A stretch of 32,000 nt of DNA from Pilimelia terevasa. GTDB taxonomy: Bacteria > Actinomycetota > Actinomycetes > Mycobacteriales > Micromonosporaceae. The stretch is taken from NCBI RefSeq assembly GCF_014647915.1, contig NZ_BMQC01000003.1:315800-347799 (forward strand), read 5' to 3'. The notes beneath the pieces are model-generated. The model saw nothing but the letters and a program-made list of their open reading frames with translations, did not search any database and was not told the origin of the DNA. The translations under genes and the position numbers were made by a program. Shown here one piece after another: positions 24,651 through 32,000 of this stretch (its first letter is position 1; every line of letters begins with the position of its first letter).

Positions 24651-27389
24651 GTGTCAGTGGCGACCCAACTGGAGCGACGGCGCCTGCCCGTCGTGCTGAG
24701 CGCGGTCCTTCCCGCGCTCGCCGGCGGCGTGGCCGCCGTGCCCGGGCTGCCCGCGCCCTACCGGGCGCTCGGCGGCTGGCTCGTCGCCGCGCTCGCGGCC
24801 CTGCTCGCCGCCCGCCTGTTCGGGCAGGCCGGCGCGTACGCCGAGGGGCCCGCGCTGCTGCGCCGGTACTGGCGCCGGCTCTCGGCCGCGTCCGTCATCG
24901 TGGCCGTGGGGCTGGCCGTCTGCGCCGCGGGCGAGTTCCCCCTGCCGTACGTGCGGGAGGCCCGGCTCGGGGTCTTCGCGCTGGCGGTCCTCATGCTGTG
25001 CGTCGCCGTCTGGGGGCTGCCGGCGACGCCGCGGGCCGGGTACGACTGGCTGACCTTCGGCCTGGACTCCGTCACCGTGCTGGTGGCCGCGGCGCTGTTC
25101 GCCTGGCACTTCACCCTGCGCCACCTGCTGGACGGGCCGGCCCTGAGCCGCCCGACGCTGGTCAGCGTGGTGGCCCTGGCCGCCCTCAGCGTGTACGTCG
25201 TGGCCAAGGTCGGGCTCGCCTGGGCCGGCCCCGTCGACCAGCTCGCCAACGCCCTGCTCGGCCTCGGCCTGCTCGCCGGGATCCTCTCGGGCGCGCTGCT
25301 GAAGCTGCCGTACGTGACGCCGGGCACCCCGCTGCTGCACCTGGGCATCCCGCTGGCGACCGTGCTGTGGGTGCTGGCCGCGCGGCGCCAGCTCCGGGTG
25401 ATCCCGGGCCGGCACCACCGCAAGCACTCGGCGCACCGGCCGTTCAGCCTGCTGCCGTACTCCGGCGTCATCGCCGTCGGCGGGCTGCTGCTCATCGAGG
25501 GCGCCGACTCCGGGCGCGAGGGCCGGATCATCGTCACCGGCGCCGTCATCCTGGTGACGCTCGTCCTGGTCCGGCAGCTCGCCGCCTTCTACGAGAACGC
25601 CCGGCTGCTGCGCCAGCTCGACGCGAGCATGCAGGAGGTCCGCAACCACGAGCGGCGGTTCCGCTCGATGGTGCAGCAGGCGTCGGACATCATCGTCATC
25701 ACCTCGCCCACCGGCGAGGTCAGCTACGCCTCGCCCGCGCTGCGCCAGCTCATCGGCGTCGAGCCGGACGAGACCGCCGGCTTAAACCTGAGCAGGTACT
25801 TCCACCCGGACGACCTGGAGACGGTCAACCAGCAGGCGCAGGAGGTCGCGTCGGTGCCCGGCAGCGTCGCCACGTACCGCGCGCGGATCGCCGACGCCCA
25901 GGGCGCCTACCGCTGGCTGGAGATCGTCAGCACGAACCTGCTGGCCGACCCGAGCGTCCGCGGCATCGTGTCCAACGCCCGCGACATCACCGACATGCTG
26001 CGGTACCAGCAGCAGCTCACCCACCAGGCCACCCACGACGAGCTGACCAAGCTGCCCAACCGGGCCCTGCTGCTCGACCGGCTGGAGCGGGCGCTGGCCC
26101 CGCGCGGCACCGACGTCAACGCCGGGCAGATCAGCGTGGCGCTGGTCGACCTCGACGACTTCAAGGCGTTCAACGACCGGCTCGGCCACGCCGTCGGCGA
26201 CGGCCTGCTCGTCGGGATGGGCCGGATCCTGTCCCGCGCCGTCGGCCCGCACGACACCGTGGCCCGCCTGGGCGGCGACGAGTTCGCCGTCCTGATGACC
26301 GGCGTGACCCCGGACAAGGCCGCCGAGATCATCAACAAGATCATCGTGGCGCTGGAGACGCCGATGATCGTGGACGGGTACGAGCTGCTCGTCGGCGCCA
26401 GCATCGGACTGGCCCACGGCCAGGCCGGCGAGGACCCGGCCGAGCTGCTGCGCCGCGCCGACGTGGCGCTGTACGCGGCCAAGGACCACGGCAAGGGCCG
26501 CTACGCCGCGTACGACCTGGAGCTGGACCGGCGCAGCGTCCAGCACGCCGAGCTGGGCGCCGAGCTGCGCCAGGCGCTGGGCACCCACGGCCAGCTCCAC
26601 CTCGTGTACCAGCCCATCGTCACCCTCCCCGAGGGCCAGATCACCGGCGTCGAGGCGCTGATCCGCTGGCAGCACCCGCAGCGCGGGCTGATCCCGCCGA
26701 GCGAGTTCATCCCCGTCGCCGAGCGGACGGGCCTCATCGTGCCCCTCGGCCGCTGGATCATGCGCGAGGCGGCGGCCCAGGCCGCGGCGTGGGCCGACGA
26801 CCCGGCGACCGCCTCGATCACGATGAGCGTCAACGTGTCCGCCCGGCAGCTCCGCGAGCCCGGCTTCCCCGAGGAGCTGGCCGCCGTGCTGCACGAGACC
26901 GGGCTGGAGCCGTCGCGGTTCACCGTCGAGGTGACCGAGACCGCGGTGTTCGACAGCGACGCGGCGCTGACCGCGCTGCGCGGCATCCACCGCCTCGGCG
27001 CCCGGGTCGCCCTCGACGACTTCGGCACCGGCCACTCCTCGCTCGGCCTGCTGCGGACCTGCCCGGTCGACATCCTCAAGGTGGACAAGTCCTTCGTCGA
27101 CGGCGTCACCGGCACCGCCGAGCAGGCCGCCATCGCCATCTCGCTGATCCAGATCACCTCGACGCTGCGGCTGGCCGCCGTCGCCGAGGGCGTCGAGACC
27201 GCCGAGCAGGCCGAGGTGCTGCACCGCCTCGGGTACCGGCTGGCCCAGGGCTTCTACTTCTCCCGGCCGGCGTCGCCGGGCCAGATCTACCCGCTGCTGA
27301 CCCGGGCCGCGCACGCGCAGGAGGTCGCCGCCGACCCGTACCGGGGCGTGCACCCCGACGGGCCCTCGGCCCGGCACCGGGCGGCGTGA
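24651..27389 (+). CDS. membrane-anchored PAS-GGDEF-EAL cyclic-di-GMP enzyme
   Basis: N-terminal TM block; PAS FRSMVQQASDIIVITSPTGEVSYASPALRQLIG; RLGGDEFAVLM; GVEALIRWQHP, NVSARQL, DDFGTGHSSLG, KVDKSFVDG, EGVETAEQ. Start uncertain (24561 or GTG 24651). Confidence 0.93.
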   Translation: MSVATQLERRRLPVVLSAVLPALAGGVAAVPGLPAPYRALGGWLVAALAALLAARLFGQAGAYAEGPALLRRYWRRLSAASVIVAVGLAVCAAGEFPLPYVREARLGVFALAVLMLCVAVWGLPATPRAGYDWLTFGLDSVTVLVAAALFAWHFTLRHLLDGPALSRPTLVSVVALAALSVYVVAKVGLAWAGPVDQLANALLGLGLLAGILSGALLKLPYVTPGTPLLHLGIPLATVLWVLAARRQLRVIPGRHHRKHSAHRPFSLLPYSGVIAVGGLLLIEGADSGREGRIIVTGAVILVTLVLVRQLAAFYENARLLRQLDASMQEVRNHERRFRSMVQQASDIIVITSPTGEVSYASPALRQLIGVEPDETAGLNLSRYFHPDDLETVNQQAQEVASVPGSVATYRARIADAQGAYRWLEIVSTNLLADPSVRGIVSNARDITDMLRYQQQLTHQATHDELTKLPNRALLLDRLERALAPRGTDVNAGQISVALVDLDDFKAFNDRLGHAVGDGLLVGMGRILSRAVGPHDTVARLGGDEFAVLMTGVTPDKAAEIINKIIVALETPMIVDGYELLVGASIGLAHGQAGEDPAELLRRADVALYAAKDHGKGRYAAYDLELDRRSVQHAELGAELRQALGTHGQLHLVYQPIVTLPEGQITGVEALIRWQHPQRGLIPPSEFIPVAERTGLIVPLGRWIMREAAAQAAAWADDPATASITMSVNVSARQLREPGFPEELAAVLHETGLEPSRFTVEVTETAVFDSDAALTALRGIHRLGARVALDDFGTGHSSLGLLRTCPVDILKVDKSFVDGVTGTAEQAAIAISLIQITSTLRLAAVAEGVETAEQAEVLHRLGYRLAQGFYFSRPASPGQIYPLLTRAAHAQEVAADPYRGVHPDGPSARHRAA

Positions 27390-28831
27390 TGGCGCGACCC
27401 GCCCACCCGTACTTCCTGATCTACCTGACGGTGTCGCTGACGGCCACCGGCGTGCACGCCCTGCTCGGCCCGCAGGCCCGCGCCGTCACCTACGTCCTGA
27501 TCGCCGGCGGCGCGCTGGTCCCGCTGGTGCGCGGCCTGCGCGGCGGGTACATGACCGCCCGGCCCGCCAACTGGCTGCTCGTGCTCGCCATGGCCGTCCT
27601 CGGCGTCGGCAACGTGTGCGCCAGCCTCGCCGTGCTGTGGCGGCCCGGGATGGCGGTCGGCGCGGAGATCGCCATCAGCCTCGGCCACCTGCTCGCGCTC
27701 GCCTCCGCCCTCAGTACCGCCGCCATCCGCGGCCGCAACGACCTCGGCGGCCTGATCGACGTCGCCGTCGTGTCGATGGCCGGCGGCGGGCTGCTGTGGA
27801 CGGCGGTCATCCAGCCGCGGCTGGTCGACACCGGCGCCGGGTCCCAGATCGGCCTGCTGGTGAACATCCTCGTCCTGACCGGCGTCCTCGGCACGCTGGC
27901 CCGGCTCGCGCAGACCGCCGCCGAGCCGATCGTGTCGATCCGGCTGATCCTGGCCGCCCTGGTGCTGGCCCTCGTCGGCAACGTCGCCATGGCGATGACC
28001 GTCGGCTCGCTCACCGTCGGCCGGCCGGTGTGGGCGGAGGTGGCGTTCCTGACCACGTACACGCTGCTCGGCGCCATCGGCGTGCACCCCTCGACGCTCC
28101 AGTTCGCCGAGACGCCGCCCGCCCGGAACGAGCCGCTGAGCCCGCGCCGGCTGGCGTTCCTCGGCGTCGCGATGGCCGTGGGCCCGGTCGTGGGGGCGGG
28201 GCGCGAACTGCTCGGGTTCGCCGTCGACGGGCCGCTGCTGGCGCTCGGGACGCTGTCCACGGTCCCGCTGGTGATGCTGCGGATCGGGTACCTGTCCGCC
28301 AAGCGCAACCAGGCCGAGCGGGAGCTGACCCACCAGGCCACCCACGACCCGCTCACCGGCCTGGTGAACCGCGCCGAGGTGCTGCGCCGGCTGGACGACG
28401 CGCTGGCCCGCCGCGCCGCCGGGGGCGGCAACGACGTCCTCGTGATGTTCGCCGACCTGGACGGCTTCAAGGCCGTCAACGACCGCCTGGGCCACGCCGT
28501 CGGCGACGACCTGCTCGCGGCCGTGGCCCGCCGGCTGCGCGGCCTGGTCGCCGCGCGCGACACCCTCGCCCGGTACGGCGGCGACGAGTTCCTGCTGCTC
28601 GTGGAGACCAGCAACCCCGTCGCCGCGCAGGCCAGCATCGGCCGCCGGATCCGGGCGGCGCTCGCCGCGCCGTTCGACCTGGCCGAGGCGCGCGACGTCC
28701 GGGTGGGGATCAGCCTCGGCGCCGTGGTGGCCGACCGCGGCGACCTGGCCGACGCGCTGGTCAGCCGCGCGGACAGCCAGATGTACGCCGCCAAGCAGCG
28801 GCGCCGCGGCGGCCTGGCCGCGAGCGCCTGA
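27389..28831 (+). CDS. membrane GGDEF diguanylate cyclase
   Basis: Multiple TM segments then THQATHDPLTGLVNRAEVLRRL...DLDGFKAVNDRLGHAVGDDLL...RYGGDEFLLLVE. Start overlaps the previous stop by one base (TGATG). Confidence 0.93.
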   Translation: MARPAHPYFLIYLTVSLTATGVHALLGPQARAVTYVLIAGGALVPLVRGLRGGYMTARPANWLLVLAMAVLGVGNVCASLAVLWRPGMAVGAEIAISLGHLLALASALSTAAIRGRNDLGGLIDVAVVSMAGGGLLWTAVIQPRLVDTGAGSQIGLLVNILVLTGVLGTLARLAQTAAEPIVSIRLILAALVLALVGNVAMAMTVGSLTVGRPVWAEVAFLTTYTLLGAIGVHPSTLQFAETPPARNEPLSPRRLAFLGVAMAVGPVVGAGRELLGFAVDGPLLALGTLSTVPLVMLRIGYLSAKRNQAERELTHQATHDPLTGLVNRAEVLRRLDDALARRAAGGGNDVLVMFADLDGFKAVNDRLGHAVGDDLLAAVARRLRGLVAARDTLARYGGDEFLLLVETSNPVAAQASIGRRIRAALAAPFDLAEARDVRVGISLGAVVADRGDLADALVSRADSQMYAAKQRRRGGLAASA

Positions 28832-28969
28832 GCCCGCCGCCGCGGTCCGGCGGCGGAGCGCCGCCACGGCGGGCGCGGGCCGTCCGGGCGGGTGACCCGG
28901 CGGCCGGCGACCCGAATCCGCGGCGGCGCGCACCGCGCCGGGGCCGGCGGGGCGGGGTACGGTAACGGC

Positions 28970-30574
28970 GTGTCTGCGGTGGGCGCTCCGGCATCCGTCG
29001 GGGGAAACTCCCCCGCTGGCCGAGCGACCGCGGGCCGAGCAGCCGACTCCCGGCCCGCTGCGGACCGGGCCGGCGCGGGCCGGGGAGGCCCGGGCCGGGA
29101 TCTGCGTGGCGGCGCGGACCACGTCGTCGTCGTGGGGGCCGGGCTCGGGGGGCTGGCCTGCGCGCTGCACCTGGCCGGCGCGGGCCGGCGGGTCACCGTC
29201 CTGGAGCGCGACGACGCGCCGGGCGGCCGGGCCGGGCGGCTGAGCCTGGACGGGTACCACCACGACACCGGGCCGACCGTGCTGACCATGCCGGACCTCA
29301 TCGCCGAGGCCCTCGGCGCCGTCGGCGAGGAGCTGGCCGACTGGCTGCCGATGACCCGGCTCGAACCGGCGTACCGCGCGTTCTACCCCGACGGCTCCAC
29401 GCTGGACGTCCACGCCGACCCCGACCGGATGGCCGACGAGGTCGCCCGCGTCTGCGGCCCGCGGGAGGCCGCCGGGTACCGCCGCTTCGTCGCCTACGCC
29501 GCGCGGATGTGGCGCTACCAGCGCGACGACTTCATCGGCCGGCACCTGGACTCCCCCCGCGACCTGCTGACCCCGAACCTGGCCCGGCTCGTCGCCGCGG
29601 GCGGCCTGCGCCGCCTGGACACCAAGATCAATCAGTTCTTCCGGGACCCGCGGACCCGCCGCGTCTTCTCGTTCCAGTCGATGTACGCCGGCCTGGCCCC
29701 CCGCCAGGCGCTGGCCATCTACACCGTCATCGCCTACCTCGACTCGGTGGCCGGCGTGTACCACCCGCGCGGCGGGCTGCACGCGGTCGCGCAGGCGCTG
29801 GCCGGGGCGGCGCGCAAGCACGGCGTGACCCTGCGGTACGACACGCCGGTGGAGCGGGTCGAGACCGCCCACGGGCGGGCCACCGCCGTGGTCACCGTCG
29901 GCGGCGAGCGCGTGGCCGCCGACGCCGTGGTCCTTAACCCCGACCTCGCGGCGGCGTACGACCTGCTGCCCGGCCCGCCCCTGCGCCGCCGGCTGCGCTA
30001 CTCCCCCTCGGCGGTTGTCCTGCACCTCGGCGCCGCCGCCGGGTACGGCGCCATCGCGCACCACAACATCCACTTCGGCCGGGCCTGGCGGCGGACGTTC
30101 GACGAGGTCATCTCCGACGGCGTGCTGATGTCCGACCCGTCCCTGCTGGTCACCAACCCGAGCCGCACCGACCCGGGCGTCGCCCCGCCGGGACGGCACA
30201 CCTACTACGTGCTCGCCCCCGTGCCGAACCTGGACCGGGCGCCCCTGGCCTGGCGGTCCGGCCTCGCCGAGTGGTACGCGGACTCGCTGGTCGCCACCCT
30301 GGAGGAGCGCGGCTACCGCGGCCTCGGCGCCGCGGTGGAGAGCCGGCGGATCGTCACCCCGGCCGACTGGGCCGCCCGCGGCATGGCGGCCGGTACGCCG
30401 TTCGCCGCCGCCCACACCCTCCGGCAGACCGGGCCGTTCCGCCCGGGCAACCGGCACCCCGCCCTGGCGAATGTGGTGTTCACCGGCTCGGGCACCCAGC
30501 CCGGCGTCGGAGTCCCGATGGTGTTGATCTCCGGACGGCTCGCCGCGGAGCGGGTCGCCGGAACCCTGAGGTGA
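28970..30574 (+). CDS. crtI: CrtI-family phytoene desaturase-like FAD oxidoreductase
   Basis: VVVVGAGLGGLACALHLAGAGRRVTVLERDDAPGGRAGR, HHDTGPTVLTMPD, C-terminal FTGSGTQPGVGVPMVLISGRLAAERV. Confidence 0.92.
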   Translation: MSAVGAPASVGGNSPAGRATAGRAADSRPAADRAGAGRGGPGRDLRGGADHVVVVGAGLGGLACALHLAGAGRRVTVLERDDAPGGRAGRLSLDGYHHDTGPTVLTMPDLIAEALGAVGEELADWLPMTRLEPAYRAFYPDGSTLDVHADPDRMADEVARVCGPREAAGYRRFVAYAARMWRYQRDDFIGRHLDSPRDLLTPNLARLVAAGGLRRLDTKINQFFRDPRTRRVFSFQSMYAGLAPRQALAIYTVIAYLDSVAGVYHPRGGLHAVAQALAGAARKHGVTLRYDTPVERVETAHGRATAVVTVGGERVAADAVVLNPDLAAAYDLLPGPPLRRRLRYSPSAVVLHLGAAAGYGAIAHHNIHFGRAWRRTFDEVISDGVLMSDPSLLVTNPSRTDPGVAPPGRHTYYVLAPVPNLDRAPLAWRSGLAEWYADSLVATLEERGYRGLGAAVESRRIVTPADWAARGMAAGTPFAAAHTLRQTGPFRPGNRHPALANVVFTGSGTQPGVGVPMVLISGRLAAERVAGTLR

Positions 30575-30587
30575 GCGAGGTGGCACG

Positions 30588-31157
30588 TTGAGCGGAGTCG
30601 GCGCGACCAGCGGCATCAGCGGCACGGTGCGGTCCCGGGAGCAGCTCCCCGTCGAACTGGTCGACCCGGAGGGCCGGGCCTGCGGCACGGCCACCGTGCA
30701 GGAGGCGCACCGGCCGCCCGGCCGGCTCCACCGGGCGTTCTCGATCATCCTGCTCGACCCGGACGGGCGGATCCTGCTCCAGCGGCGGGCCGCCACCAAG
30801 ACCCGGTTCCCGGGCCGGTGGGCCAACACCTGCTGCGGCCACCCCGGCCCCGGGGAGCCCGTCGTCGAGGCCGCCCGGCGGCGGCTGCGCGAGGAGCTGG
30901 GCGTCGAGGCGGCGCTCGCCGAGGTCGGCCGGTACTCGTACCAGGCGGAGGATCCGGCCAGCGGGCTCGTGGAGTGCGAATTCGACCACGTCCTGCGCGG
31001 GGCGCTGGCCGCCGACGCCCCGCTGCACCCCGATCCGGCCGAGATCGACGAGGTGCGCTGGGCGGAGCTCGACGCGGTGCGCCGGGCCGTCCGGGCCGCG
31101 CCGCACGCGTACGCCCCGTGGCTGGCGGGCGTGCTGGCCACCCTCGTCGATGCCTGA
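30588..31157 (+). CDS. idi: type I isopentenyl-diphosphate delta-isomerase
   Basis: HRAFSIILLDPDGRILLQRRAATKTRFPGRWANTCCGHPGPGE, RRLREELGV, YQAEDPASGLVECEFDHVL. TTG start with GAGG upstream. Confidence 0.93.
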   Translation: MSGVGATSGISGTVRSREQLPVELVDPEGRACGTATVQEAHRPPGRLHRAFSIILLDPDGRILLQRRAATKTRFPGRWANTCCGHPGPGEPVVEAARRRLREELGVEAALAEVGRYSYQAEDPASGLVECEFDHVLRGALAADAPLHPDPAEIDEVRWAELDAVRRAVRAAPHAYAPWLAGVLATLVDA

Positions 31158-31244
31158 CATCCGCAGAATGGCCTGTTCGACCCCTTAGCAGGGGTGCGGC
31201 GGGGCGATACGGTGGGCGCACCCCACAGTTTCCCGGAGCGCCAC

Positions 31245-32000
31245 GTGACCCGACGCCCTGCCGTACTGGGCACCGCCGTCCTCGCCGGTGTCCTCCTCGG
31301 CACGCAGGTGCTGGCCGGCTGGCTGGCCCGCCCCGAGGTGCGCCCCGTCGCCGCCGAGCGGCCGGCCACCGCCGCGCCGCCGACCGCCGGCCCGGGCGGC
31401 AGCGCGCCCGCCCCGGCGGTACCGTCGCGCGCGCCCACGGCCGGACCGCCGACGGCCGGCCCGAGCGGCCCGCCCCCGGCCCGGCCGCCGCGCGGCACCC
31501 GGCCCGCCCGGCCGACCACCGGCGTCTTCGCGGCCGGGGTGATCACCCGGACCCGCGGCACCGGCGTCACGCTGACCTTCGACGACGGCCCCTCGCCGGT
31601 GCACACGCCGCAGATCCTGGCGCTGCTGCGCGCCCAGGGCGTCCGGGCCATGTTCTGCGTGGTGGGCAGCCAGGCCGAGGCCCACCCGGAGCTGATCCAG
31701 CAGATCGCCCGGGAGGGCCACCAGCTCTGCAACCACAGCTGGAACCACGAGCTGCGGCTCGGCCGCGGCACCCCGACCCAGATCCGGGCGAACCTGCGCC
31801 GCACCAACGACGCGATCCGCAAGGCCGTCCCGGGCGCCCCCGTCACCCACTTCCGCCACCCCGGGGGCAACTGGACCCCCGCCGCGATCCAGGCCTCCCG
31901 CGAGCTGGGCATGGTCCCCACGGGCTGGGCGGTCGACCCGCGCGACTGGGCCCGCCCGCCGGCCGGGGCGATCGCGTCGACGGTGCTCAAGGGCTCGCGG
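31245..32000 (+). CDS. polysaccharide deacetylase (NodB/CE4), truncated by window end
   Basis: GTG 31245, 252 codons open to the window edge: VTLTFDDGPSPVHTPQ, LCNHSWNHE, FRHPGGNW, DPRDWARP; N-terminal TM and Pro/Ala-rich linker. Not in the supplied ORF track. Confidence 0.9.
   Translation, partial: MTRRPAVLGTAVLAGVLLGTQVLAGWLARPEVRPVAAERPATAAPPTAGPGGSAPAPAVPSRAPTAGPPTAGPSGPPPARPPRGTRPARPTTGVFAAGVITRTRGTGVTLTFDDGPSPVHTPQILALLRAQGVRAMFCVVGSQAEAHPELIQQIAREGHQLCNHSWNHELRLGRGTPTQIRANLRRTNDAIRKAVPGAPVTHFRHPGGNWTPAAIQASRELGMVPTGWAVDPRDWARPPAGAIASTVLKGSR

Noticed and set aside
23303-28831. 1842-aa plus-strand ORF in the track
   Set aside because: Only the last part (27389..28831) is protein-like (GGDEF protein). 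The upstream portion is low-complexity Arg/Pro/Ala sequence running opposite to, or out of frame with, clear genes, typical of high-GC stop-poor frames.
28832-28874. GC-rich potential stem-loop between the GGDEF gene and crtI
   Set aside because: Arms GCCCGCCG/CGGCGGGC exist but the interior offers many alternative GC pairings, so a specific terminator call is not supported.
27287-31990. 1567-aa minus-strand ORF
   Set aside because: Antisense shadow over GGDEF, crtI, idi and deacetylase genes with highly biased composition and no domain motif.

Overview
High-GC actinobacterial chromosomal segment (gene style resembles Micromonosporaceae) with dense, often translationally overlapping genes. 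Left part (about 0.25-13 kb): a P450 + 3Fe-4S ferredoxin pair, a DevR/DosR-like response regulator, two divergent paralogous secreted jelly-roll-like proteins, a minus-strand surface-polysaccharide operon (UDP-sugar 6-dehydrogenase, hyaluronan/NodC-type processive GT2, three polysaccharide-deacetylase-fold proteins) and a DevS-like GAF histidine kinase. The response regulator and kinase bookend the operon. One deacetylase-fold protein appears to have lost its metal ligands and carries a C-terminal beta-sandwich-like domain. Middle part: M28 peptidase, Asp-rich secreted protein, photolyase-TspO-SDR(DUF2867-like) operon joined by TGATG overlaps, fused MFS/spermidine-synthase-like protein, lytic-transglycosylase-like protein, YihY/BrkB protein, beta-propeller protein. 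Right part: PAS-GGDEF-EAL protein coupled to an MHYT-less membrane GGDEF protein, CrtI-like desaturase + type I IPP isomerase, and a fourth polysaccharide deacetylase that runs off the window end and is absent from the ORF track. I found no CRISPR array, transposase, prophage, tRNA/rRNA or recognisable defence system. The best candidate for a new system is the DevR/DevS-bookended polysaccharide locus with a pseudo-deacetylase and twin secreted glycan-active-like proteins. All family calls are from motif recognition by eye, with no database search.
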